A DNA stretch of 64,000 bases. It comes from a virus. The notes below the pieces were generated by a model. The model was not told where the DNA came from. It ran no database searches and worked only from the letters and a program-made list of their open reading frames with translations. Below, piece after piece: positions 27,101 to 39,400 of the stretch. Within the stretch, counting starts at the first letter, position 1. Each line of letters opens with the position of its first letter. The position numbers and the translations under genes are program-made. The DNA lies in IMG/VR virus record IMGVR_UViG_3300032235_000428, positions 38,461-102,460 of that record; one strand, written 5' to 3'.

Positions 27101-28780
27101 TAGTTTAGTATCACCATTAAACGTAACACCAGTGCCAACTAAACTGTAAAGTGATTTAACATCACTAATACTATAAGAAGTTACTGCTGTTGATATTCTG
27201 TTATTTTCAACACCGTTGAAAATTAATTTTTCTCCAGATAAAAATGTTCCTTTTGTATTATAAGCTGTTAATATTCCAGTGGTTGTATTATATCTTAAAT
27301 GTCCAATTGCACCACTAGATCTTCCTTCAATATACGTGGGAACTGTTAATGATACTGTTTCATTTAGCGATATTTCCGTATATGTTTGAATATCATATAA
27401 AGAGATATCCCACTCGTTCAAATCATTATTAGATGCATATGATCCAGTTTCTAATGCATAATCGTATACTCTAGCGACACCTATTTCTTTACCAGATGCT
27501 ATGTGAGAATTTATACCAATTCTAGTGTCTCTTAAACTAATTGTAGATGTTGTAAATCCAATTTTAGGAGCACCTAAAACTCTATTTAAAGTGAGAGTTG
27601 GTCCAGTTATATAATTTACGCTTTGATTACTTAAAGTTTTTACTGTTCTTGTTTTTTCAAAATCTAAATATGAAGTTCCTGCGTACTCAACCTCATAACC
27701 TTTTACGTATGCCTTTCCTGGTGAAATTTTATAAACTCCAAGATTATCACTTGGAACTTTTCCACCATAAGTTAATTGATTACTCTCAAAAATACCTTGA
27801 TTTCCTTTTTTATTATTTAAAGATTCGTAAGCACTAATTGTAAATGGTCTTACGTAAAAATCACCTGATTGCTCATATGTTCTTCTGGCCAGTTCATCAC
27901 CAATAACATTATAAGTTGGATTTTGTTGTAATTTTGATACACTACCACTTCTAATTATTAATAACTCAATGAAATTTTCGTTTTTATCACTTTCTAGAGG
28001 ACGCTTTGCTAAAATTGCAGTAATTTTTAATCTATCTGCACCTGGAGCTGCATAGTTATTAAATCCTTTTGCATTATCAGATAAAGAAGCATCTTGTGAT
28101 GCTGTTATAATTTCTTCTTTTATTTCAAGACCTATTCTACAAGAAGGTGTTGTACTATAAGAATCTATAATTAATGTTTGTGATTCTACTCTAACGAATG
28201 TACCTCTAATAAAATATACACCTTCAGATAAAAATACACCAGACCCAACAGAAGAAGCATTACTTACCGAAGTTGTTAATACTGCTTGTCCTTTTTGGAA
28301 ATTTAATGCTGGATCTAATATATCATCATCTAAAATTAAATTTTCTTGGTTATCAAATTGTTTCTTTTGGTCGGAACCTTCTGAGATATAATTTATAAAA
28401 ATAGTAAAATAATCTCTAGAATTTTCCCAAGATGGGTTTGCAAAAAATATCTTTCCTCTTACATTTGATCTTTCACCACGAACTATTCTATTAGTTAGAT
28501 TTGGAAGATACGAAGTTATTGGAGATCCTAAAAAATTATTCTCTACACTAACGTTGAACAGTTCGTTAGTGTAATTTAATCTACCTGGAATTACTTGAGA
28601 TCCTTCTTTAAACAGATGATGCCCAAACGTCTCTAATTGATTTTGCAGTGTTGATTGTAAAGTTGTTAGTTCCCTAGCTTGAATTGGGAATCCTGGTTTA
28701 AACAGAACCCTATAGTAATTCTTTTTGGGATCAAAATCATCAAAATATGGGGAGACATTTAAATTTAGTTCCTGTGGCAT
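21104..28780 (-). CDS. VrlC-like (DUF4815) large virion structural protein
   Basis: LNVSPYFDDFD...RVLFKPG.PIQARELTTLQ, APGADRLKI, ELARRTYEQSGDF, RFKSGIFVDNF, DPLAQSF, C-terminal PRIRDLRAIALA. Confidence 0.88.
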   Translation of the reverse strand: MPQELNLNVSPYFDDFDPKKNYYRVLFKPGFPIQARELTTLQSTLQNQLETFGHHLFKEGSQVIPGRLNYTNELFNVSVENNFLGSPITSYLPNLTNRIVRGERSNVRGKIFFANPSWENSRDYFTIFINYISEGSDQKKQFDNQENLILDDDILDPALNFQKGQAVLTTSVSNASSVGSGVFLSEGVYFIRGTFVRVESQTLIIDSYSTTPSCRIGLEIKEEIITASQDASLSDNAKGFNNYAAPGADRLKITAILAKRPLESDKNENFIELLIIRSGSVSKLQQNPTYNVIGDELARRTYEQSGDFYVRPFTISAYESLNNKKGNQGIFESNQLTYGGKVPSDNLGVYKISPGKAYVKGYEVEYAGTSYLDFEKTRTVKTLSNQSVNYITGPTLTLNRVLGAPKIGFTTSTISLRDTRIGINSHIASGKEIGVARVYDYALETGSYASNNDLNEWDISLYDIQTYTEISLNETVSLTVPTYIEGRSSGAIGHLRYNTTTGILTAYNTKGTFLSGEKLIFNGVENNRISTAVTSYSISDVKSLYSLVGTGVTFNGDTKLYPKLTIGQVNITGKSGTAPGVSTVTSNSLEFTNRVRVGDLVSFTNTTSSNSQVKTYAKVQSITGDYTIVIVGINTVNSINDGGLPTSSINPVDFSVIGSKYQSSTDNTLYTPLPKEWISEVDLTGSSLTIRKEYNITITANSTNTLQADTGETFLPFDEERYVLITSTGIVEPLSSDKFTYSAGNKEIIIQGLQTSSGTGRLIATLQKINLKNKIKNKVRVNSIIVNKSQYTQSGIGSTTLNDGLSYGNYGYGLRVQDRDLCLLYPDVTKIYGIFESNDISDPLLPELTMIGLNGPTGRVDDLLLGEEFIGEESGAIGIYSEFVDSLNLGFVYLNDLRFKIGERIKFSDSNINGIIQGFADGSSNITNRYTLDSGQRETICDYARIIRNNNSGEPKRKLKIIFESGSYSSTDDGDITTASSYNQFDYCILPQIKNNIKLTDVIDIRPRVSKFDANTTSYSPFEFYARSFNSLDNSSKNILASDESIVLNYSFYLPRIDKLFLSKTGIFQLVKGTPDENPPTPNNIDDALEVATISHPPYLCNTVNSSIRLKEHKRYRMSDIALLENRIENLEYYTALSLLETKTENLHIPDSSGLNRFKSGIFVDNFSDTKNQLKIGPVTNSIDPSNLELRPSPFVTQVDLLLGSQSLIGIGTSASPLSDVKFSNDLIGTNVRRTGQLLTLDYFESLELQQQFATRVENVTPYLVTSYTGTIDLFPSSDIWIDQVRMAAQTIEVDNYTETRNQLVFSGYDPQTGLSPVTWGAWETTWTGRTVTVTNQSVQTGSSVQNTGNAIVTTNTFQNTETTTVNRTGTQTRQGNQLRLSEQINILSEGDRVVSTSVIPFMRSRNIEFTGKKFRPFTTVYGFFDSVEVTRFVIPKLIEINMISGQFVVGERVVGRMTTGNETETNSSTASISFRVAKSNHKFGPISNPTDVFTVSPYNKNYTIPSDYSSSSILLNVDTASLADNTQGLYSGFIQPGMRIRGSQGEAIITSVRLVTDQIGSIIGSFFIPNPNIITNPRFEVGIKVFRLTSSSVNTTIGGLVSTSGEEQYFAQGSINNLQETIRSTRSPRFTNVSTSETRDVTDVSTTQVVSNSQTVSTQPLPPPPPPPPPAPNPPPRPNPSPPPSPPRPGNPPSPPPPPPQPAPQPQPAPPPPTPRPDPPPPRRPDPPPPRGGKDPLAQSFFVPNPTGRFVTTVELFFRTKDPVAPVVVELRSMRNGVPTEEVYPFGRVVLTPDEIFETFDGSQATQIHFPSPVYLEGSKEHAVVILTDSNEYTLWISRLGEVDISTASLPESRQILVSNQTTLGSLFKSQNASTWTPSQYEDLKYNLYAAVFLENNGSVTFYNPELSTGNNQVAQLLNDSLDFNAKKIKITFPNTINTTGLVLGNTIIQSGTNASADYVGAGGSASGTLGIINAGIGYTPSNASGYTFNNVSLTSLTGDGKNATANITINGGVAIAATIVNGGSGYQVGDVLTAQQVGTQSLGRNLKFSLSTLSGVNELILDQVQGDFEVSGSKVVQYISPTTGITTIVTTSGSNSLINQIETYSLVNDGLHIKVNHKNHGMHSNLNRAVLSNIKGDKIPTRLTLNYSNSDSGAISIASTANFNTFENVSVASTNPGYVIIEDEIISYTGVTNGQLTGIVRGIDGTRSFTYPSGTVVSKYEVNGISLRRINKTHYLQDANVENPIGLDYYYIKLDMSSNGVNRSVGTSFPKLYIPETKSCGGNLINATQNIQFEAVRPIVQTMILPSTNITATIKTTTATSISGNEISFIETDSAPLNLNTHTYFNTPRLIASRVNETNNLLTSPGNKSLSVTFNLTTEDSFVSPVIDLDRVGLILITNRVNDIIEDYANDGRTSSILTDPTAFSYATNVIGLENSATSIKVLLAAYVNNTSEIRAFYAISNTLESEMIYYPFPGYSNLDVNGNIIDISRNNGLSNKFVSKNTTLGFESKELTFADYEFSIDNLPEFKYFSIKLVGTSTNQAFPPRIRDLRAIALA
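23580..23800 (-). repeat. Polyproline low-complexity linker in the VrlC-like protein
   Basis: (TGG)n-rich DNA encoding ~70 aa of mostly Pro immediately before KDPLAQSF. Confidence 0.9.
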
Positions 28781-28786
28781 AATTCT

Positions 28787-30370
28787 TTAAAATTGCAAAA
28801 TAACTTTGATGTCTTCTTTTTGGTTTACCGATCTTGTTATAGATGGTCTGTTATCAACGTATATTATATTTCCAGAATATTTTCTTACTTCTGGATTAGA
28901 TACCCCTTTTATAAAAGATTGTCCAAGGTAGTAAGTTCTATTATTTATGACAGTACTTATCCCAGGATTGTTTTGATTACCAAATCCACTATCAATATAT
29001 AAATCTTTTGTTCCACCAACAATTTTTAAAGATCCAGATCCAGTAACATCTGCAGTAAATCTATTTAATTTATATCCATATAAAGGAGAACTATTTTTTG
29101 TTCCATCAGTATTAAATCCAACTAATGATCTATCTTGCCAATATTTTAAAACACCAGTAGTAGGATCATATGAAACTACCTTACCTATAGCAGTTACTCC
29201 TGCACCAATTGTCTGAGAAATTATTGTATTGTAAGTGAATGATGTTGTTTTATAATCATTTTGATTGGGTGTTAATCCTTTCAATAGTAATGCATATACA
29301 CCACTTGCTCTACTATCATTTAATATTGCACTTGATTCGTATGATTGTGGGTTTTCAATTATTCCTATTCTTGATATTTTTGTTCCAGTTATAAAATCTG
29401 GGTTTTGGTCATCATTTTCAATTCTGCTGTAAATTAATACATTAGTTGCACCAAGTTCCCTGTAAATATCAAAACCATGACCATTTGGAGGTGGTATAAT
29501 TACATCAAATTGTGGTGTGACTGTACCTAAAGGAACATTTCCTAGTTGTAAATCTACTGTTCCATAAGTATATCCACTCCCACCATTAGTTATGGTTATA
29601 GATTCTACTTTAGAATCGTTATTAATAACAATAGTTGCTTCTGCCCCAATACCATCACCATTAATAGGAACTTTTGTATATGTGGTATCCGCTGGACCAA
29701 CTTCAAATCCACGATCTGTAATTGTTGCAACTTTTAATTGACCACTAGAAGTTGCATTATTTTTAATAGATTGGTATTCTAAATTTGTATCCCAGTCTAT
29801 GGGTACAGGAATGAAATCTACAGATTCAAATTTAATAACATCCGATGGGGAAATTGTGTAAAGATATTTCCAAATGTATCCATCACCACTAGTACCAGCT
29901 GATCTAGGTTCTAGGTCGGTAAATTTTGGTTCATCCAAAGATGGTTTTCCATCTGGATTTTCTGGGTCAACACCATTATTTAAACAAATATAAACTCTAT
30001 ATTCACTGTTTAAGATATAAAAATTTGCATTATATAAACTTGTTTTATTTGATGGTTTTGATAAATTAGTTCTTGTTACGTCATGACGATACATGTCATA
30101 AATTGTTGATGAAGACCATGTGATTTTTCTAATCACTGGTTTTATATCATTAGAAGATATTTTTTTTAGTGCAATTATAGTATCCCAGTAATTATTTTCT
30201 TCGTTTAAACTGTCTTTAGGTGATGGTGGATTTGTATCCCAAGTAGATGAAACATCTGTTGGATTTGGTAACCCTAAAAATGCATAGTAAGAATTATCCG
30301 AAGAAGTTATCTCGGATATGAAATTTTTTACATTTCTTATTCTTAATTGATCCGTTATAATAGCAGACAT
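28787..30370 (-). CDS. gp8: Baseplate wedge subunit
   Basis: MSAIITDQLRI, YDMYRHD, YRVYICLNN, DGYIWKYLYTI, YSGNIIYVDNR..ITRS.NQKEDIKVILQF. Confidence 0.92.
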   Translation of the reverse strand: MSAIITDQLRIRNVKNFISEITSSDNSYYAFLGLPNPTDVSSTWDTNPPSPKDSLNEENNYWDTIIALKKISSNDIKPVIRKITWSSSTIYDMYRHDVTRTNLSKPSNKTSLYNANFYILNSEYRVYICLNNGVDPENPDGKPSLDEPKFTDLEPRSAGTSGDGYIWKYLYTISPSDVIKFESVDFIPVPIDWDTNLEYQSIKNNATSSGQLKVATITDRGFEVGPADTTYTKVPINGDGIGAEATIVINNDSKVESITITNGGSGYTYGTVDLQLGNVPLGTVTPQFDVIIPPPNGHGFDIYRELGATNVLIYSRIENDDQNPDFITGTKISRIGIIENPQSYESSAILNDSRASGVYALLLKGLTPNQNDYKTTSFTYNTIISQTIGAGVTAIGKVVSYDPTTGVLKYWQDRSLVGFNTDGTKNSSPLYGYKLNRFTADVTGSGSLKIVGGTKDLYIDSGFGNQNNPGISTVINNRTYYLGQSFIKGVSNPEVRKYSGNIIYVDNRPSITRSVNQKEDIKVILQF

Positions 30371-30387
30371 TTTAAAAAATTTTTAGT

Positions 30388-30395
30388 TATTTATT
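30388..30395 (-). promoter_or_regulatory. Late promoter AATAAATA
   Basis: NATAAATA 17 nt upstream of gp8. Confidence 0.65.
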
Positions 30396-30400
30396 ATAGA

Positions 30401-33400
30401 TTACAAGTAATTATCAAATGCCAGTGGATTTTTTCTACGTACAATTGGATTTGTAGATATACCAGAGAAACGATTTGTTTTAACTGTAAATTGTTTTGGT
30501 GTAGATCTATTGCTGAAAAGAATTTTACCCCAACTGTATGCCCCATAATAAGCAGTAGAAGCTATTCCAACAACAGTATTCAATCCATTATATCTAGAAA
30601 CACTGGTAACAACTCTAATTACTGTCGAAATTCCAACAGAAGGTATTGACCTATTAATTTGAGATGTGCTGTAAACTTCATACACATTATCTAAGTTTTC
30701 TGTACTTATTCCTAGAATAGATCCACTTCTTGTTAATGTTGTTATTCCGAATCCAACTGAAGAACTTGTGACAACAAAATAATCACCAGTTCTTATACCA
30801 CTCTTAGTAATTCCATGCCCATCGGTCATCAAAGGAGATCCTTGTGGGATATAAAAATCAAATATAATACCAGTTGTAACACCAACATTAGTAGTTCCAA
30901 TACCAACAATTAATCCATAATCACCCTCATAAGAAACATCTGAAATTTCCTCTATCTGCATTATGGGTGGAGATATTAAAACATTTGGACCTTTAATACC
31001 AGTAACTGAAAATACCAATGGGGATGCTAATGTAGTTCTTCTATAAGTTGTTGCAAGACCAACACTGTCATAAGAATCTATGAATAATAAGTCTCCAATT
31101 TTATAATTTGTACCACCTTCAGTTATTGTTGTTGAGAAAACTGTGTTATTTAAAATATTAATCTCAATAGTGGCTGTTGCACCTCTACCAAATCCTGTTA
31201 AAGTTTTTAATCTAGCATTTGTAAATATGTTAGATGATGATGATAATGGTGGATATCCAATTCCTTGTTGGTTAACTACTAGTCCTGTAAGTGGTCCTGT
31301 AGTGTATCCAAATCCAGGATTAGTTATAGTAAATGAAGTTATAACTCCACTTGTTACATTTGCAGTTGCTGAAGCAATACCAGTTATTCCTATTCCTGGG
31401 CGTTGGATTGATACTGTTGGATTTGATGTATAACCAGAACCAGGATTTACTATATTCAACGATGTAATTGTACTTGATATAGAAACTGTTGCTGTAACAA
31501 TACCAGATGACAGAGAATCATTTGATATAATTTCTACAATTTTTGCTTTACTAACTTGAATACCTTCTTTTGGATTATCAAATAGTGATTTAACAGTTGT
31601 TACATAAACAACTGTTGATCCAATACCAACATTGCTAAGAATTATAGATTGACTATGAATATTTGGTTCATAGTACTTTCTATCTTTACCAACTTCTATT
31701 TCATCAATAATTTTATCTGATGTTTGTTTTATCCAATTGATAGGTCTTTCTAATAATTCAGTATCACTAACTCCTTGACCAGCATAAGTATTAGTTACAA
31801 CAGTATCTGCCGAATTTATGTCTACAACTATTCTCTTATCTTGATTTAATGTTATATCCAAGTCACTAAAGAATTGGACATCATCCCCAATTTTTAAAGT
31901 CTCTATGACATCAACTTCATTAACGTCAATTGATTCAGTTCCTGTATAAATTAATAATTTGCAAGTGTCTCCAGGAGTTGTATATCCAGCAAGTCTTGGT
32001 TTAGGTGGTTCATTAAACCTAACCGTGCTTCCTCCATTAAATGTATAAGATTCTCCTGGAACTTGTAAAATATCATTAATAAAAACAAGTAGGTTATATT
32101 GTAAATCAATTCCAGAGGATCTTCTTGGGAAGAATGATATTCTTTCACCATTTCTAGATAATGGGAATATTCTTCTTCTACCATTAAAATATTGTTCAAT
32201 ATTATCCAATACCAATATGTCACCGACGCTCCATCCAGAGAATTTGGAATTAAATGTTTTATCAATAGTTAATTGGAATTCTTCAAATGCATATAAAGTA
32301 AATGTGGATGAATCTGTAGGTATCCCAGTGGTCCCACCCATTGGTACAGTTAATATATCACCTTGTCCATATCCGTATCCAAGATTTTTAAGTTCAAAAT
32401 TAATAACACTTGATCCTTGACCAACTGTTATATCTACTGTTGCGCCAGTACCAATACCTGATGGTGACTTTGATGAATATATTAGGGGTATATCCGAATA
32501 ATTTAATGGTGGATCTATAACAACTTTAGGTGGATTGGATCTAGTATACCCTATTCCTGCATTTGTAATGACAACATTAGTTATTTTTCCATTAGCAGCA
32601 TTTGCATATCCTACATATGTGATCTTAGGAGTTCCAGAACTATAGGTTTGTACACCAACTCTAATATATGTCTGCACACCAACTCTATATCCAGATCCAG
32701 AGTTTCCAACAGATACTGATTGAATTGTTCCAGCGGCGGATACTATTGCAGTTCCACCCGCACCAATTAAAGGTTGATATCTCAATCCATTGGTAGATCC
32801 AACAGAAACTATTATTCCACCTCTTGGAACTGTAGATGTGTTTATATCATTAGTTACTTGGAAATTTGCTGGATTACCTGTAAATGATATATTTGTTTGT
32901 CCAGAAATTTCGGATAATTTGTAGTCACCGTTTATATTTGTTAATGGTGAACCCAATCTTTGTGGTCCTTGGAATACATCATCTATTAAAATTATAGCAT
33001 TTGATGTACTAAATCCAGTAACATTTGATTTATTTTGTTTTAATGTATAACTTGTAGTTATACCGTTAAAAGATTGTGATATGTCATCAAAAATATAATT
33101 TGTATTATAAGCTTTATCGTAAGTACTTGTAAATCCTTGTTTTAATGCTGATCTAATGAAAACTCTACCATCAAACCTAGTAGAAGTACTTATACCAAGG
33201 TAATCAACATCATTTGGGCCATTAGATGTTGTACCTATAGGTGTCAATCCTCTAATTGGTTCCGAAAAATGTATTTTATTTCCAACTATATTATAAGATC
33301 CAGATATTTTTGTCACTAAAGAACTACTTGAATGTGAACTTTCTGTTGTTCCCACCCAACTTCTGAAAACTGTAATTGAATTTGTGCTTGCCACCCCAAC

Positions 33401-36400
33401 AGATGTGACAAACATAATTTCATTGTTAATTTTAATCAGATCTCCACTAAAAATAGAAGATATTCCACTTAGCGGGAATATAGTACTCCCAATCCCAACT
33501 GTAGAAACAATTGTTGAAGTTACTGCAGTAGAAACAACTGGGGATTGTATAATACCATTTATACTAACCAACGCTCTGGTAGTTACATTTTTCGATCTCA
33601 ATGTATGAGTACTTCCAATTCCAACAGAAGTTAAAGATAATGGTATAGGATTAAACAGTAAAGCATTTTGTGCAGATGATGCTAATTGTATTCTTCTAGA
33701 ATCTATTCTAATAACATAAACTGATGATGGTAATTTTGATGTAGTTCCAACACCAACAAAAAATGTTGTCCCTATACCAATAGCATTTGATGTAATACTA
33801 TTAAATGGAATATATTCAATTTCTTCACCACTAACAAAAAAGTGATTTGGTAGATATATTGTATTATCAGTTAGACCAACTACAGAACCAACAGAAGCAT
33901 TAAAATCAATGCTAAAAATTGGTTCTCCTTTATGATTAAGTTCAAAAGATCTAGTAGAACTATCAAATTGTGAGCTAATATCATCTATTTTTAAAACCCT
34001 ATTCCCAATAAATTCTAGATAACTCTGTAAAAATGGAGTGTTAAACAATATTTCATTAGAAACATATCTATCATCGACTATTATTGGCTTTTCTCTGGAA
34101 ATATCAAAATCTTTATATAAATTAATATCAACATTACTATCAAGAGTTGCTAATGAAGTTAAAGTTGTTAGTTGCTGTGCTGCAGTAACTAATCCCACTC
34201 TATCCTCAGCATCAAAAGCGTAAGATTCTATAGAAAGATCACTAAACTTTTTAAATCCTAAAGTATGATTTAAGTCACTAACTAATGAATTCCAATTTTC
34301 AATAGAAATATTAGATTTAATAGAATATGAAAAATATTGGTAATAATCATTATCATGTAATCTTTGTAAATTATCACCCAAAACTCCTATATTATTTTTC
34401 CAACCCTTCGATAAGATAGCACTACCATCTATATTGTGTTTTGTTTCGAAAAGTATAATTTGTGATATTAATCCCCTATTCTTTGTAGATTCTCCAGTTA
34501 CTAAATCACCAACTTTAAAGTTTTCTGTAGTATTAATTTTTAAATATTCATTTTTAAAATCATATGACTGGGCAATACCTTCAACTCCACTTTCAGAGAT
34601 TATTTTTTCACCAGAAATAAATCTATCTTTAACTAAAGTTATTTCAAAAATTGGAAAATATTTTTTAGGAGTAACAGTTCCTATAGATTCAAATGTATCA
34701 AATGTTCCAGGATTTGGATTTGGTAAGTCACCAATATTGTATGTTATAGTTGGATTTTCTCCCCCAACATCTGGATTAATATTTGTTAATGTGAATAATT
34801 TGTACCCATAATTTGCAGAATTATAGCCATTTCCACCTTCAACAATGTCAATATTGGTATTTTCTACAATAACTTCATCACCAACTTCAAAAGGAAAATC
34901 ATTTATACTACTATAGCTTATTGCAAGACCAACAGTAACATCGTATGTTCCTGAATTATATGAAATAGAACTAATTCTAGTTCCATTTGGATTATTTGTT
35001 GGTAAAATTACAGGACTAATGTTATAAACACCAGTAGTGTTTCTTACAATGTTTACTTCATAATCTCCAATTTCATATCTTAAATCAACCTCATCATTTA
35101 CTCTTCCAGTTAAACCATCCAATACCACTAACTGAGGAGATACAAAATAATTAACACCTGGAGATAGTATTTTAATTCTTTCAAATTTTGATAATGGTTC
35201 AATTTTAAATATTTTTGGTAAAAGTGTGGAAGGACTTAAAGTTTTATCAGTTGGATAATCAAATCCAATATCGTTTAGTTTATATTTGTAAACTTTTCCT
35301 ATGTTATCGCTAAATGGTAATAATAAAGCATCAGTTCCTAAACCACTTCTAACTTTTGCTATATTTGGTAATTTTTTATACCCAAAACCACCAGATTGGA
35401 TTGTTATTTTACTAATTTCACCTAAAGCTGAAAGTGATTTTGTAAAATATTTAATCTCAGATTCATTTAAATTGTAACTATTTCTTTCTGGAGGATTTGT
35501 TAAAATATATGTGAAAGATGTTGAACCAATTCCAGATACTGGATATAGTCCATTATACAAACTTTCTAAGATATTTAATAAATTATTATTTGTTATATTG
35601 TAATTATCATCTATAAGTTCTTCTTTTGCTAGTCCAAGACCGTCAAAAAGTATTGGTGTTAACTTATAGAATAATTTTTCGGGAGTATTTTCATCTATAA
35701 TCAACGACACTGAAGCATTATTATCTACACCAATAGATCCAAACTTCCTTACCGAGAAAGATTTTGTATTATCGGTGTAGAATTTATTTTTAAATTCAGA
35801 ATCTAGATAAAAATCGAAAGAGAACGCTGGTCTTCCACCAGAAGATAGTGAAAGATCTGATAAATTAAAAATAACTGTAGAATTTTTATATACGTTTAAC
35901 TCTGGATTTATTAATGATAATGCTCCTGTTGCCGCAGGAGAAACTAAATCAATATAATCTACATTAAGTATATTGTTGAGAGATTTGTAATAATTATTTG
36001 ATAGTCTTATTCTATTTTCATCTAAAACAATGACGTAATAAATTTCATCATTTAAAAGTCCACCCGTAGGTGATTGTGATGTATGTAAAACTTTTTGACC
36101 AGTTTTATAACCATGATTTTGAATGGTAATTATATCATTAGTTGTATCTACATCTAATATACCAAAACTAGATGGATTTATAACCATTCTTCTAATAGTA
36201 TCATTATACTTAACTATAAAAGTTGTTTGTATTCCAGATCTAACATCAATATCCACAACATCATTAACTGTTAAATTATGATTTGTAAGTGTTGTGACTG
36301 TAGAGGTTAATTTTAATATATCACCAACTATAGTATTACTATTATTAGTTGTAAATTTATGATTAAAACCACTACCATGATCAATAAATGATAATAAAAC

Positions 36401-39400
36401 ATTTTTATTTGTAGATCCCAATTGTACAAATCCGCCAGTACTACCAACACCTATAGGGAAAGTTGAAATTCCTATAAGATCATTAGAAATTTTTCCAACA
36501 TAAAATTTAGAATAGTCTTGGACAGGATATGATGTTGATCCAGTAGAAACTTTTATAGGAGTATTACCAGAGCTTGTATATGTAATCAGATCTCCAGTTT
36601 GTAATCCATGATCTCTTAAATATATGGACTGATATGGAATTATTTTTGAAGTTACTCCATAAGCAACATGAGAGAAAAATATTGTTGTCCCTATACCAAC
36701 TCCACTACCCTTACCTAAACTTTCAAGAGGATTGAAATAAATATCACTATTAATTTTATATTGAATTGAAGATGTATACCCAACATTAATAGTAAATTTC
36801 CTAGGAACTTCATACATGACAGATCCTTCACTGTGAGCAACTCCAGATGTTCCCCCATATGATCTTAATATTTTTATCTTAGATAATTCCTTATCTATTT
36901 CTAAAATCTGTATCTTTTCATTGTCTACTTTGTAAATATCATTTACTTGTACATTTGGATAATTTAAATTACCATAAACATCAATAAAAGTAGTAACTCC
37001 AGTAAATGTTTGGGCATTTAAATTTTTAGTTAGAATTAATTTACTTGTAAGTATACCAACAGAAAAACTATTGGATATATTTAACTCATAATTGTTTAAA
37101 TTATTAATGGTAATTACATCATTAGCAGACAAGTATGAAGGCACACTACATATTCCAAGTATTACTCCAGTGTTTGAATATGGTATGAATTGAACATTAC
37201 TTATTTTATAAGATGTACATGCTATAGATACAATATTTTTTCCAACTATTTCTGATACATTTGCAAATGCATTAGATCCCCCAGCATCACTATTATCAAA
37301 TACAACTTCATCATTTACTTTATAATTTTTTCCAGGTGAAACTATGGAAATATTTGTAATAGATCCTGGGAAAGTTGTATCAATTCTATTGTATTCTTTT
37401 GTATACTTATTTGGTTCTAATATAACATCATATCCACTATTTTTATTCAGTAATCCATAGTAATAAGTATTTCTTAACCATCCTGTTGAATTTATATTAA
37501 TTTTATCTTGATTTGAGTTTTGATCATAGTTAAAATCTATTATTTTAGAATTAAATTTATCACCTATGATATATGGGAACACTGGTTTTAAGAATGATCT
37601 GAAAGGACCATCAGATTCTTCTGTATTATTAATTGTTGAAAAATACGCATAAATTCCTTCTGGAAAATCTGGAGTTTTACAGTATCTTCCATTATATTCA
37701 TCCAAATCACCAGTTCCGTCATAAAAATAATCTTCAATAAAAAATCCAACTGGATATAGTGAAGGTCTTATTGGAGAATTGATGATTCTATATCCAGATT
37801 TCATTCTGGTTACAACTCCACCTTCTGGATCTGCATATCCATAAGGGCCATAAATTGGATTTCCATCATAGGCCCAACCTATTAATGGTGAATGGTATTT
37901 AATTGATGATGTATCATTTAAGGAATCTTCTCTGTAAATAGTTGTTCCATCAACACCAATTGAAGTTGAAAGTAAAGATTGTCTTAACTTTCTTGGTGCA
38001 TATGCATGACAATACTCTAATTCATATTTTTTATTGATCGCATTATAAATTATCCCATCATCATCTGTTATTTGATCTGTTGTTATAAGCCTCTCCACCA
38101 AGTTTATATTCCATGATTTTATATAAGTTTCAAATTTAACACCAAATCCAGATGATGAAACTCGTATTCTTGTGTTACTTTGAGTATAATTTGAACCAGA
38201 TTTACTAATAATTACATCAATAATTTTTCCATCACTAAGAATAGGTAGTAATTCTGCTCCAGAACCATCTCCTTCAACTATTAAATCTGGAATTGAATTA
38301 TATTCTAGTCCAACATTATTAATTAAAATACCAACTATTTTACCATTAGAAATAATTGGTGATATACTTGCATCCTTTCCACTTGAAACATACACTGATG
38401 GTTGTTTTCTATAATTAATAATTTCTTGGTCACCATACTGTTGTCCATAATTGCTTAAAGAAACTGATTCTATTCTTCCCCTAAAAATAGGTCTTATTTT
38501 AACTGAAGAATCTTGCCCAGAAAAAGTTATTATTCCTACTGGATTTTCAATTTTTACTGAAATTGGTAGATAATTTAACTCATGTACTCCAGATCCAATA
38601 GATATTAAATTACTGAAAATATTATTATCATAGTAATAATTTTCAGAAATGGATCCAACTCCTACTGGAGATAATTTAATAGTATCAACATCAATGACTT
38701 TTACATAATAATTTGTAGATGAAGAAAGACCTGATATTAAAGTCTCATTAGAATCATATGTAACTACTTCCTTTCCTTTATAACCATGGTCTTTTATTCT
38801 AATAATATCGGAATAAATGTTAACATGTTCTGGTAAGAAGAACACTCTTTTATTCTCATATCCAGATCCACTTTCTACGACATCGATAGAAGATATTATA
38901 TTTTTGGGGTCAAAAGTTGTAAATTTATGTACTCCAGATCCAAAAGATGTAATATTTACGGTATTTAATCCTGCAACAGCATTTTCATATGTTGAATATA
39001 GTTTTATATTTGATGCATCAGTTGGTATTGCATAATATACTGAATTATCAAATAATCCACCTACAGGAGTTTGATTATTTGAACTGTAAATTATTTTTTC
39101 AAATTTATTAAATCTATGGTAAGTTGTAAATCCTATGGTATTATTAGTTAAATCAATCAATCCAGATGTTGAGTATGCACCAAATTCAACTGAAGTGTAT
39201 ATTTTAGATACTTTACATTCTGCTATTGCACCAGACCCATTTCCACCAGAAATAGTTACTTTTGGTATACCATTAGTAAAGGAATAATTATTTTCTAGTA
39301 TTTCAATTCTTTTTAATGATCCATTAACATGACAAACACCAGTAGCACCTATCCCAGTAGTGTCTTCAATAGTTAAAATTGGTGGATTAATAACATCATA